From: Eledone cirrhosa
Taxonomy: Eukaryota
Length of the DNA stretch: 64,000 bases
Direction of reading: 5' to 3'
Assembly: GCA_964016885.1 (NCBI GenBank)
Contig: OZ024742.1
Span: forward strand, 219,356,001-219,420,000
The position numbers and the translations under genes were made by a program. Shown in pieces: positions 12,453 through 25,614 of the stretch. Every line of letters starts with the position of its first letter. Positions within the stretch are counted from its first letter, which is position 1. The notes under the pieces were generated by a model. That model was given only the letters and a program-made list of their open reading frames with translations, had not been told where the DNA came from and ran no database searches.

Positions 12453-13792
12453 CTATTCACAAAGAGAAAATGATATACAATGGCATTTTGTGTTAAGGCA
12501 ACTACTTTTATTAGCTTAGAGATTATATATTTAAAATTTATTCAACTTTGTTAATTCCAACTCTTTCTTTTTTATTTATTTTATTATATTACTCATGAAG
12601 GGAAAGGCAGCATCCTTGACTCTTTTCAAAGCTGTCACTAAAACTACCCAAGTGTCAGGTGGTAATGATTAAGCCAAGCAATCAAGTAGGCTACAGTAGA
12701 ATTTGAACTCAGAATATAAAGAACTGGAAGAAATAGTATATCAAAACTTAAATATACTGCAATAAACCTAACAAATCTACCAATTCATTGGCCTGGAGTG
12801 CTACTTTATTTTATTGATTCCAAAAGAATGAAAGACAAAAATGATCTCAGCTGGATTTAATCTTTAACATAAAGAGACAGTATAACTACTGCAAGTTGTT
12901 ATTCCCGTGCTCTAAGAACTTGGCCAATTTGTTGCTTGTAATTTCAAATAAACACATGTGTTAACCATTCTAACATAACAGAGAAGTCTTCCATGGACAT
13001 AAACTACAGATTGTTAAAGTATGTTTAATTCAAGGTATAATAGCCCAATGAACAAACTGCAGTTGAATGAAAGCTAACAGTAATAAACTAAAATTATGAA
13101 AAATATATATCTAGTTTATCATTTTTACATCTACCTTTCTGTGCTAGCATAGGTTGGAGTTTTGATGTCATTCATGGCATTAACTCTTACTTGTAAGTTT
13201 GGTATTTATCACATTGATCTTTGCTGTTGAACTACTAAGCTGTAGGATATTAAGAAAATGGTACTTTTTTTTTTTAAGCAGGGTCAACCTGAAGACATAC
13301 TTAGAGACAAAGATAGAAATGTACACACTTCCTCACATTTTCTGTTAACCAAATTTTACTCACAAAGCATTGGTCAGCCTGTGGCTAGTAGAAAATATTT
13401 GCCCAAGGTAACACACAGTGGAACCAAACCCCAAAGCAAACTTCTTAACCACACTACCTTGCCTGCCACTGTAAATTAGTTTTATTAGTTAATTCTTTTA
13501 CAAAAGCCTCTTATTACTAGTAATGCAATATGCTATCAGTCAGAAATTCATATTTCTTCTTTAAATCCATATTTCACTAGCACTTTCATTACCATATTTC
13601 TAATGAGATACACTGTTTGAATTAATTAATGAAGAATTTGGAGGGATTTACTAACAAATTATATTGAGAGATTCTAGATTAAGTAGAAGCCCTTTAAAAC
13701 GGATGATTTTGTTTCATAAAACTAGATGTAGTTTTGGACAGGTTGGTATCAAAAGGGTTAATGATCACATTAGAGAGGATTGCAAAGTTTAC

Positions 13793-13992
13793 CTTGATTC
13801 GTTTCATCTCTTGAAGTTCTTGCTGATATGTTTTGAGCTGTTTCTCATGAATAGCTTGATTCCTGAGTAGTTTGGCATGTTCCTTCTTAGCTTCCTGTAA
13901 TTTCTTTAGCTCCTGCTGAAGACCATTTAGTTTTTGTTGATATTTCTCATTCACAGTTTTCATTTTATCTTTCTTATCTGACTCAACTTTAT
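13793..13992 (-). CDS. KIF21: KIF21 exon (D)KVESDKKDKMKTVNEKYQQKL...EMKRIK
   Basis: 200 bp, phase 1-0, tttcag / gtaaac. Confidence 0.92.
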
Positions 13993-14076
13993 CTGAAAAA
14001 TGTGAAAAATCTCCAGAGTTTAGAATATGAAAATGAATTCTTTTTTGGTCAATACGAGATTCTCAACAACATTTTA

Positions 14077-14232
14077 GACGCCATGCTTTGACGCATAGAG
14101 TTACAACCCTCTCCATTCTGAGTTCAAATCTCGCCGAGGTTAACTTTGCCTTTCATCCTTACGGGGTCGATAAAATAAAGTACCAGTAATGCACTGGGTA
14201 ATTGCTGGCCTTGTGCCAAATGTAGAAATAAT
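14077..14232 (+). mobile_element. SINE family A copy
   Basis: B-box plus central domain plus tail. Confidence 0.8.
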
Positions 14233-15172
14233 TATTGTTCTGAATAGATAACTATAGTTAGATATAGCTCATCTGAGAAAACAGGAAGAGCACTGCATAT
14301 TCAATTAGTATTTTACAAACATTTGAGTTCAAATCCTTCGTTAGACCTGGAATGAGTAATAAGAAACTATTATTCTATGCAATAAATTCCGAAAATGAGT
14401 GAGGCTATATGTGGTCACTCGGCCTGCTAGAAATAGCAGTCACTATCTTAAAGAAAGGATAGAAAAGAAAATGTGGTCCTAAACACTCCTAAAAAGAACA
14501 GGATATTCATAAATGAAATGCATTTTACAATCCAATTCAATACAATCCAGGGCCTTCTCATGTTGGAGGAACCCCTCCCTGGTTGACTTCCAATAATTTG
14601 TTTGTTTTGGTCATGTCTTCAGGGGTGTAGCCATACTCCACATGCTTGACCAACTGCAAGTTGGTGAGGCTATTTAATCAATAGTGGGGGGTGGGGGGGG
14701 GGATGGCCATTGACTGAGGAGTTCATCCACCCTTTTAATAGCTGGGGTTCCACTTACCCTCCTCACCAGACCAGGATATGGTGGGGGAGCCTGCTTAGTT
14801 GCTGACCACTCGACCATGAAGCAGGTTGTATTGGGTTACATGGTACTAGTATCAGGTAGAAGCCTGACAACCATATTTGACAATAGAAGCGTTCAACAGA
14901 GGCTAATCTGTCATCTAAGGAAGGACAACAGTTCCAGTTTTTTTTTTCTATGATATTTTTAACGATAAGAAAAGAAAAGAAACAACTGTAATGATATGGT
15001 GAGATTTAAACAGGGCCACACAAACAACTGTTGTAGTCAACTCAGGGTATCTGATCTGACATTTCTGCTCATGTAGTCTCTCTATCATCCATTTTAAGAA
15101 AGACAGAATATGAAACTATAGAAAAGAGATGATAAATGTTTGAAAATTAAAGCATTAATAAAAACCATTTAC

Positions 15173-15373
15173 CAATATTAGATATTATCTTGTCTCTTTC
15201 TACTTCTGTCTCCCGTATCTTTTGCTGAAGCTGCACTACCTTCTGTTCATAGTGAGTTTTCATGGCATTCAGTTTATTTTGATTTTTTTCCAGTGCTTCA
15301 ATTAACCGTTCTTTCAATGTCATTTCACATGTTAACTCAGCAAGATTTTCATGGACATTATCAGAGCCCATAC
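15173..15373 (-). CDS. KIF21: KIF21 exon (G)MGSDNVHENLAELTCEMTLKERLIEALE...ISNI
   Basis: 201 bp, phase 1-1; LAELTCE..KERLI coiled-coil motif; gtaaat donor. Confidence 0.9.
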
Positions 15374-17261
15374 CTTCAATTGAAAAACAGATTATAGGTA
15401 AAGAAATCTTAGTGTGATATATGAATATAATGTGTATGTATATATTTGTTAATGTTCCTGCTTGAAATGAGGTGAAGCATAATTTAAGGCAAAGTACTAA
15501 ATACATGAAGCAGAGTGAATATATTTTTATTACATTAATCACTGACAGGACTAGCTTTTCTTTCTCCAAGAATTCATTTTAGATGGATTTGTAGAGGAGC
15601 AAACAACAAGTCCAGTAAAGTCACTAATTGAATATATACATATAATATACATATATATATACACGCACACACACAAACAAATCAAGATGGATTCAGTAAG
15701 AAACTGGTTAGACCATTATTCACTAGTATCAATACATATATGGATAGAAAATCTAGTGAACAATAGTTTCTGTGGATTGAGAATTAATCATAAACAAAAT
15801 ATTTCCATTCATTCAATTCCTAATAGAATTAAAACAAATCCAAAATGGCAATGTGAAATATGTTACAAGTGGTTACTGCTAAAAAAAAAACCCAACTTCA
15901 TTGAGAGACAATAATAGTACTTCTAAATCAAGGTTAACTGGTGACCTCTTTGCAACATACACATTTAGTAGGAACAATATGAGCAACTAACATACAGAAA
16001 ACTACTTGACTGTATTTCTAATTCATAGTCTTGGAAAACTCATTTTCTAGTGTCAACTTTTTTTTTTATTAAGTAAACCAGTTTCAGACTTGCTAACAGA
16101 AAATTAACAAAGCCTGCCACCATTCCAGTGTTTGTGAGTGAAAAACAGTTAACTTTCTATCACTGTTGAAATTCACTGAATCAATCTTTACAACCTGCTT
16201 TGAGCCCAGAGGCTCATCAGACCAGTGTTTATCTCTGTTTCCGTGGCATTAAGCATATATCTCATCAAGCATTAAATATAATTTGTAATATTGGTAGTCA
16301 GTATTTTTTTACCATATTTGATGAAGATGCTGAGTTAATAAGATGTCAAACTATAGGCTTTAAACTTTTACATACCAAAGAGACCACTTGAAGGACTACG
16401 ATACCAGCTCAACTGAAACTGTCTATAATTCACTGAGATTATACCTTTTTCTCTAAAGTATTCAAACTCCAACTTAAGGAGGTTTATTAAACTTGCAAAG
16501 TACTTGATTATTTTCAAAAATAATTTAAGCACAGAGTATTTCATTAGAAATGTAGACTTGTATTTTGTACTATTCTCAATGATTTATTCCACAATGCTAG
16601 AAATAGATAGAATAGTGAAGGAACTTCACTATTGTAGTGAGGAGGAATACTGTAAATTTGGCAAGTGCTTTATTAGCTTGCATTGACTAATTTCAATCTT
16701 CTTTTGGACTTCGGTATGATGTCTTCACAACATAACCTGATTTCACCACTTCCACTGAAAGAAACCAACTGTAAAATCTCTCTCAAATCACATGCAACCA
16801 TTTTAAACGGGTAATGTAGTCTTGAAAATATTAAAATTGAAGAAATAAAATAGGATTGTAATGACTGATCACAGTTCTGTTCAAATCATAGTTGGTCGCT
16901 AGCTAAAAACAAAAACACCATACAAATGAGTAACATTTCTCTTGACTAGATCATTAATTATTCAGGCAATATTAGAAACAGGAAGCCAGAAAATCAGAAG
17001 ACATTCACATAAAAATATAAAAAGGTTATATATGTATATATATATATATTGTAATAATAAAATTGAAGACTAAAAATATTTTAATAAATATATATATATA
17101 TATATATATATTGTAATAATAAATTTGAAGACTAAAAATATTTTAATAAATATATATATATATATTTATAAGGAATAAACTAGTATTAAACTAGTAAGAC
17201 CATTATTCAACAGAGTACTCAATACTTGGGATAGAGTGTGACTATATTAGAAAGATTCAGG

Positions 17262-17350
17262 GTCTGACTGGTGAGCTCTAGCAGTTTCGACAGCTAATTC
17301 CAGACTGTCAACAAAACTACTTTCAGTAGACTGGCCATCTCGTCAGAGGC
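17262..17350 (-). ncRNA. Type I hammerhead ribozyme motif with long stem II
   Basis: GCCT-CTGACGA-GATGGC[...]GCTGTC-GAA-ACTG-CTAGAGCTCAC-CAGT-C-AGAC: intact core, GUC triplet, one stem I mismatch. Confidence 0.7.
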
Positions 17351-17648
17351 ATAGCTTAGGTGACTGATGTGACAATAAAATGATAGGTTGTCCATACAAG
17401 AGTATAAGCTGTCCATATAAGGGTAAAGGTCCTTTATAGGTTGTTAAAGAAAAGTTTTAGAATAAATTGATTATATTATTTTTTTATATATATATTTTCT
17501 CATAATGTGATAATGTGTGTGGGTGACAGGGCATATTGTGTGTGTGCATGAGTGTGAGTGTGTGTATGTATATGGGGATATATAAGAAAAACTGTGGTAT
17601 TGTAGTGGTGAGGGAAGAATTTGGCTGAGTTGAAGAATACCCAAAATA

Positions 17649-18887
17649 CAGGCTGCGGACGATATTTGTTCGCAAGATTACTGTCTAGGAAAAAATAACA
17701 CTAATATTTTTTAAGATATATTTATCAAACTTGGGTCAGTTTGTCTTCATGACTTGTTCTTTCGATCTCACTCGATAAACCCGCCATTGGCTTTGATGAC
17801 GGCCTTCGTCACTGTCCCCCGACTTAGGCCCCTAAAGGCACTTGTGATCCTGGCCTTCAGATCGTCTTTCGTATTGCAGCTCCACACAAAGAAGTCGAGG
17901 GGGTTGCAGTCAGCGAGCTGGGAGGCCAGATGTCAGGTGAAGTGTGGTCGACGAAGTTCTGACAGCCAGGTTTGGGTCTTTCGGCTGGTATGGCAGGGCG
18001 CTGAGTCTTGCTGTCACACGTATGGCCTACCTGCAGCTACCTGGTCGATCCAGGGCTTTACTACCTCGCTCAGAACGCGGATGTAGCCATCGGTGTTCAG
18101 CTTGAAGCCCTCAGGGAAGAAATGAGGTGGCATGACGTCACCTTGACTGCTGACGACACCCAAGACCAATGTTGTCGCTGGAAACTGTGTGCATGACTCT
18201 GGGTACGTCTTTTTGGACGAGACAGCGGGCCACCTGTTGTTCTGGGAGTTGATCTTCTGGTCTTGGCAGAGGCTTTTCTCGTCGGAGAAAATCCACAGCA
18301 TGTCTGGCTCCAGTGGGTGTTTCAACTTGTTGATCAGCTTCTTTGCGTGCTTCAGTCACTTTTCTTGCATCGCCTTTAACAGAAATTGTCCTTTCCTCAT
18401 CTTGTATGAAACGTAGTGAATGTCTTCATGTACCACCAGCCTAATGAGCTTTTCATCCACACCTTTCTCCCTTGCAATGGCCCGCAGTGACTTGCTAGGT
18501 TCATTGTTGACGATATTCTGAACTTCAGCGACGAACTCGGGCGTTCTGAAGGCGTCAGATTGTCGATCATGTGTTTTCCTCTCTGATGTTGTTTCGTAGT
18601 CGAATCCTGAATCTTCCAATTCCTTTCTGACCTTTTCCACCATTCTCCTGCCGACGCTGAGAAAGTCTGAAATTTCCTTATTTGTCCTCCCGGCACGGAT
18701 TCCAAGAAGAACTCCGTGTCTCTTCCACAAATTTGGAGGTTCAAAATTATTCATAATCAATTATTCTGAAAATAAATAATGGAAATATAGTCACTGTTTT
18801 TATGAAGACAAGAGTGACAACGGAAGTAAAAAAAATTAGCATAAAATTAGCAGTTGAAAATTGCGAACAAATATCGTCCACACCCTG
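17649..18887 (-). mobile_element. Tc1/mariner-superfamily transposon (maT/DD37D-like), transposase pseudogene
   Basis: ~27 bp TIRs CAGG(c/g)TG(c/t)GGACGATATTTGTTCGCAA, TA flanks, motifs WIFSDEK, VMPPHFF, QQDSAPCH, WPPSS..CNPLDFFVW with in-frame stops. Confidence 0.9.
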
Positions 18888-19076
18888 TATATATAAACAA
18901 ATATATAAAGAACCTTTACCCTTATATGGACAACTTATTTTACACATCAGTCACCTAAGCCATGCCACTGAGGAGATGGCCAGTCCACTCCAAGTAGTTT
19001 TGTCAACAATCTGGAATTAGCTGTCAAAACAAATCTCAGCTGTCAGGCCCTGATTCTTTCTAATGTCTGTGTGTGT

Positions 19077-19144
<68 letters not shown>

Positions 19145-19501
19145 GATTGTTTAATGTTTACTTGTTCTGCTCATCTCAATTTTATAGTTCTGGTATCTCA
19201 AATTAATACCATTGAACAACAAATGTATTATAGACACCCTATATATTTCCGTAGGTACTTAGTACCTGTGGGGGTATTAATCTCATTTCTTTCTCTCACA
19301 CACACTCACACACCCACACTAAGTGAGGAGAGGCTTTGCACAGGGCCACACCCACTCTCTGAACATTGAATGCATTTGCTCAAAAAGAAGAACTGGTCAA
19401 CATCATTGGATGCAAACAAAGTCACAGGTTTTATATCAGAGTGACCTTCACCTAAAGAGATGTCTTAATGAAGACTAGGAGTCTCTTGCTCCACAAAAAA
19501 A

Positions 19502-19559
<58 letters not shown>

Positions 19560-19859
19560 GTGGAATGAAATACAGTGGCAGGATGTTTAACATTCATAAC
19601 ATTATAAAGCAAAAGTAAATGAACCTTTTTTAAAGGTAAAATTAGATAAATTAAAAATAAAAGCCACAACAATAACCAAACCAGTGATATTTAATTAAAA
19701 TTTTTGGAAAGTCCATGCAAAATTTGAATATTTTGATACACTATTGTGCCATTGTTTTGCTTGCTTTCTATTTTCATAAATGTTGACAGTTTTATAGAAT
19801 AAACAAATTTTAAATTCTAGAGGTATTTGTGCTTTTACTTTTATTTGTTTTATTAGCAT

Positions 19860-21010
19860 CATTGATTATTAACTGTGTGATCTTAGAGGCATTTGTTGAC
19901 TTGAAGGTTTTTAACACCATGCTCCACAGTTTAGTGATTGCTGAGAAAACTGGGGTAGAGGAATGGCTTGCGATAGCCATGCAAGCCATATACAGGGGTG
20001 CTTTCAGCAAAGAGTTAGTAATGAGGAATTTAGCATATAGGTAGGTGTCCATCAAAGGTTAGTTCTTATCCTCTAGCAGTTAATTGAAATTCTCCAGGTG
20101 AAAAGAGACTTAAAGACTGTAGGAATTCCTCTATGCTGTCACTCATTCTCAAAGTTAAATCCATTTAAGAATTAGAGGAAAAGTCCATAACATGCAAACA
20201 TGGTCTAAAACTGAAGGCCTAAAGATTGAAGGCCTAAAGATCAATGTCGTAAAGATGAAAGTTTTAGTAAGCAAGAAAGAAAACAAAACACTACTACTAA
20301 CAAATGGTAATGCTAGATATGTAGAAATTATAAAATTCCTATCTACTCCCTGTCTACCCAATGCAAACAATGGATACACAAAAATGGAGTGGAATCACAA
20401 GCAGACTGACAAAAAAAGGATTTCATATGTAATAGATACACAAGTATAATTAGCAATAAGAGCACCCAAGAATTGAAGACTCGATTGCTCAGAAATTTTA
20501 CCAGATGTAGCCAATAGCTTATGTTACCTATGTAATCTAATCAACAGTGGAGGTAGTTCTTGTGAATACATAGTAGCCAGAATAATGATGGGGTAAAAAA
20601 AGTTCAGGTGGCAGTTACCCCTGTTCACAATAAAATACTTCTCTCTGCATTAAAAGAAGACAGTTTTATGCTTGTGTATGATGTATGATATTGCATGCCA
20701 ATGAGACATGGGTGCTGAATGTTGAGGATATGTGAAGGATGGAAAGAAATGAGGTGAGCATGCTCCATTGGATATTTCATATCAGCATTCATTATTGAAG
20801 GAGCACAAGTGTAAAGAGACAAAAATTAGACATCAGATCAATTCACTGTAATGTCCAAGAGCGGAGACTGTGGTGGTATGAGCATGTGAGGCACACGAGA
20901 AATGATAGTAGGGTGTAAAAATGTTGAATGAACAAAAGCAGAAGGGGCCGGCAAAAAAGGAGGACAGGCTGAAAAAGACAAGAATTAGTATAGACTGATC
21001 TCAGAATACT
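19860..21010 (+). mobile_element. Old, heavily degenerate RTE LINE fragment
   Basis: Remnants AFVDLKVF, GVEEWLAIAMQAIY, GLKINVVKMKVLVS. Confidence 0.7.
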
Positions 21011-23368
21011 AAGTCACTCAAAGAAAATGGCATCCATACGAGAATATGAATATGATTATGATGACTGTGATGGTAGCTGCAGTAATATATTTTCATGTAG
21101 TGCTTGAAGTAGCTCTAATTTCATGATCCAAATGGATTTTAGCGTCTGCCCCAGAGTGACAACATATTCTGATATTTCCATATAAATTAGTTAATTGTTT
21201 CCATTTGGCATCTCATTGTGGGCAGAAATTTTCTCTTTAAATTATATTTTTTTAAAAGGTCCACTATGATTACAAATGAAATTTAAATGTAGTGATTGCC
21301 AATTATATGGTTGGGAGGACCCTCAATTGTGTCGACGACATAACCTCTCCTGTGCATTTGGTAGAATGTGAAATCGTATATATGCAAGATGCAGATCAGC
21401 AGCCCTGCTTCAGTTCTGACTTGGTCCATGTAGACCCATCCAAACCCTTGTTAGCAGGGAAAGCAGACATTATGATGAATGAATGATGATAGATGATGAA
21501 TGAATGATGAATGATGGATGGTGAATGACAATGATGAATATGACAAATAACGATGATGAATGATGAACAATAAAAACAGCAAAATATATTTTTATATTCT
21601 GGATGATAATAGTTCCTTTGATCAAATATAAAAGTGTAGTTGATAGAATCAATGCCAGGGTTGTGGGGATTGCAAAGTATACAAAAGAGAAAAGAAAACC
21701 AAATTTGGACAGGCAAAAAGTTTGTACAAGCCAACAAGTAAGTCTTTATAATGTTGCTTGACCTGCTAAAAATAGCAGTGAAATCACACCTTACCATCAT
21801 AAATAAAGGACACATGAATAATGTTATAGACATTATCACTGGGTGAACATAAAAACGCTATGATCATCATTGGAATGCCCTTCATCATAGGTCTCCTCAA
21901 TCAGAGCTGACCTAGGCTGAAAAAGCCAACAAGAGATTATTTGACATGCTAGAAATTGCAGTCAAATGTTCTACCATCTAAAATGAAAGATACTTATTAA
22001 TGCCGTCTTAGATACACTGTCTGAAAATAAAAATTCTTTTAATGGTGGGATTGTCATTCTTGAAACACCTTTGTTTAAGGTGTGAATCGAATGAGACCAG
22101 GATATTAACAGTAACTATCTACTGTAAATAATTTAGTTCAGTGCTGTAGTAATTCTACCAACTCACACAGTACCAATACATTTTATTGAACATAAGATGG
22201 ATTTTACTTCTTGTGAAGAGTAGACAAACCCTTTAAGACAACAGCAGAAAGGAATATGTATTACACGAAGTCCAATAGTTCTATATAATACCAACAGCTC
22301 AATACCCGATGAACAAGTTTTCTTTAATACTCATTCCGTTGTGTTTTATAGCCATTAATTCTTAAAATCCTGTTCCAGATGAAACCACATTTGTAAGATA
22401 TTCTTGAAAAGCACAAAACAGCACCATGACTGCCTCACATTAAAAATTAAACTCTTTAATTTACTGCAAATTTTTTACAATGATCTGTCCACTTGTAAAA
22501 ATACTATAACCATTTAATTTAACAAACCCATTTTTAGATATTTTCTGCTAAATCATTATCAGATGTTAAATGTTAAACATTCAAATCTAAGTTATTTACA
22601 ATATATGACCAACTAAAAAGCCAGCTGATTAACATACTTTAATTAGTTGTTTCCATATCTTAGTGAGTCAAGGAAAGCATGTTCATACTGTGGCCCAATC
22701 TCCACTAATTCTTTCATCAACTACCCAGGGGATTCAATAAGAAACAGAAACATTAAAAGTGCTAATTATTATTCTTCAAAATGAACTCTACATTGATGTA
22801 AATATTGCATGGCAAAGCTCCAAGATGAGCCAGCCCTGCAATAACTGAACATTGTTTAAATGTTATATGCAGACAATGTTGATGATGATACATGCCTAAT
22901 AAAACCTACAATGTGTGTGGCGGGTGAAAAATAATAAATCCATTCCACAACTTCAATAAGCTATTATTTTTAGATATGTCCACGTAAATGCACACATATG
23001 TTTAATAGCTGTAACATAAATATAAAGCTAAAATAGGGTAGGAATAAATGGTAGCAAAACTGAAAAGAAATCATGCTGTGGAAGGAAAATAAATCAGAAC
23101 ATATTTAGTAATTAATTTTAATTTAACTGCTTTAAATAGAACAAGTTTAAGCAATAAATACAAATAAACTGCAATAAACATAAGCCATATCTCCAACAAC
23201 AAAATAAAAAGGGTACATATCAAAAGTTAGAAATATAACTGCACATATAGTATGATAGGCTGTAATTTAGAAATGTTTAGGTCAAACATAACTGCAAGTA
23301 AACTGTGAAAATGACATGAAGCATGCAGAAACTTTGTTGGTAAGAGGCACATCTCAAAACCAAGTTAC

Positions 23369-23407
23369 CTGTGAAGCTCCATAATGTGTATAGAGAAGCT
23401 GTGAGAG
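23369..23407 (-). CDS. Candidate 39-nt (or 30-nt) cassette exon (A)LTASLYTLWSFT(G)
   Basis: tttctcttctcag acceptor, second in-frame cag 9 nt later, CAG|gtaact donor, phase 1-1, no stop. Confidence 0.4.
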
Positions 23408-25072
23408 CTGAGAAGAGAAACAATTGCAAGAGTATTTAAGAAAATTTCACCAGCCATTTGAAAATGATGTATTTCATATCAAAATAATTCAAAGTTTACA
23501 TATTCATGAAACAACTTTACACTAAGTATATATTCCCTCAATACAGCGACAAAATACAAATCAATTCGGAATGACTGATTAAGAATGTTAAACATTAAAG
23601 CATATCAATTGAAAAGTTCCTCATCAAAATTTATAAAAATAAACGATTTTTCCAAAAACACACTAAATAAATTTTATGTAAATGAAAGTTCTAAGTTCTT
23701 AAAGTGTTGGTTGAATGATCTTAGGGTATAGATAATTATGACAAAATTATGTATAAGTATAAATTCCCACTGCAAAGTGAACGTGTAGGCGCCACGGAAA
23801 AAAGCCCCCATCACTCACTATAAATGAGATTGGTGTTAGGAAGGGCATCCAGCTGTAGAAAATCAAGCCAGAATCAGTTCCCATATGAGCAAGACAAGGT
23901 CAGCCGACTGGACACTGCCCACAACAGGACAACCCATCTAACCCATGCTAGCATGGAAGAATGGATGTAAAACGATGATGATGATGATGATATAGTAGGC
24001 TTTTGAACTTATCAAAATACAAACCATTTAAAAAATTATATGAATTGTTGTTATAACAATTATCAAAATTATTATCAAAACATTCTATTGATAATCACAA
24101 ACTCGAGATAATTTCAAAATTTAAAACATTAAGCAAAATGCTGTATATGTGAATTAAAGACCCGTCTAAAATACATAAATAATCTAGTCAACTCAAAGTT
24201 CTTTTATTACAAGATGAATCTGAAATAAATAGTAGGATACTGTAAAACAAATTTTCACAACATTTAAATAAGTGATCAAAAAAGCACACAGAGAAATTGT
24301 ACAGTTTTAAAGGAAAGGGGAAAAGATCTGGAACAGATGTAGCAAACACTGACCACAAGAAATACAAAAACACAATCATACATGCAAAAACCATTCTATA
24401 TATATATATAACATGAATAGTACACAAAAACTAAATTGACACAAAAGCATATTTGGTGATTTAGCTAAATTTTGTTGCTATAAAGATAGTCCTATCTGTT
24501 TAAACTAACCATACTTAGTCATGTTAACATGTTTGGTAAGAGGCTTCGCAAACACAGCTATGTCATTTTTTCTTTTTGTTTCATTGACACAAACATCATT
24601 AGTATCATAATATCAACACAACATCATTAGTATCATAATATCTATGCCAAGACTTCTCAGAAAAAGATAAAATATTAAAATAAAATTAGTGTTTGATTTT
24701 TAAACTGTATATATTTTATTGCTGAGCTCTGTAAACCAAAAGTCAATTAGTGAACAACTATGCATGCATGGCTCCATAACTCCCGATGGAATCGTAGTGG
24801 CATACAGTATTTTCTAGGGCATATTTTAAGCTTGGCAGAGCCCATCTCTCTCCAGGACTGAACACAGCAGATTTCTCCCAAAGGAAAGAAAGTGAAAAAG
24901 AGATATAGAGGAAGAATCGACTCCAGTATTAGACTTGTACTTTTTTTTTTTTTTAAAATCGATCTTAAAAGGATTTGAACTCAGAGAGGCAGAACTAATA
25001 CCATAAAGCATTCTATCCAATGTTCTAATACCTCTGCCAATACATCACCTTTGTGAACAGCTATACAATCCA

Positions 25073-25110
<38 letters not shown>

Positions 25111-25614
25111 AAAAAATAAAAATCACAGGTGGTTGAAATCAGACTACAAGCTTTAACTTTCTATACTATCACTGGTGTTGCACTGCTGCAGCCAAAACAC
25201 TTATCACATCATTTATGTTCTGTCTAAAGATATTTAAAAGAATTTTTTTTTCTGTTCAATCCATCAGTTTTGATTTACTATAAGTGATATTTTAAAATAC
25301 CATTCGTCCTATTAATAAAATTTCTTGAAAATATTCCTAAATGAATTTATCATCCAATCAACTATTACTAGCTAGCAAACAAATTTCTGTATTCGAAAAA
25401 TGTTAATGGGTTCTTTATCTTACACTATCAGATTTAGAAACTATAATAAAAAAATCTCAGTCAAGTTTATATTAATGCTCAGCTTTCAGTTACACTTAAA
25501 GAATTTACTATAAACTTAAGGATTTCTTTGTTAAACAGGAAAGCTATCACAATTCTTACCTATGAGATAGAATGAAGAGGGTATCAACATACATGCATGA
25601 GAGAAAAGCATGCA

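Larger units (their letters stand above)
17246..19064. repeat. Inverted-repeat element with hammerhead-bearing arms (17246-17440 / 18905-19064), interrupted by a DNA transposon
   Basis: Arms are diverged reverse complements; flanked by (TA)n and (CA)n. Confidence 0.8.

Noticed and set aside
12447-12454. AG|GTAAGG at an exon start as a recursive site (also AG|GTATGG at 15373)
   Set aside because: Explained by coding sequence (conserved Val-Arg-Leu at 12452); no independent support.
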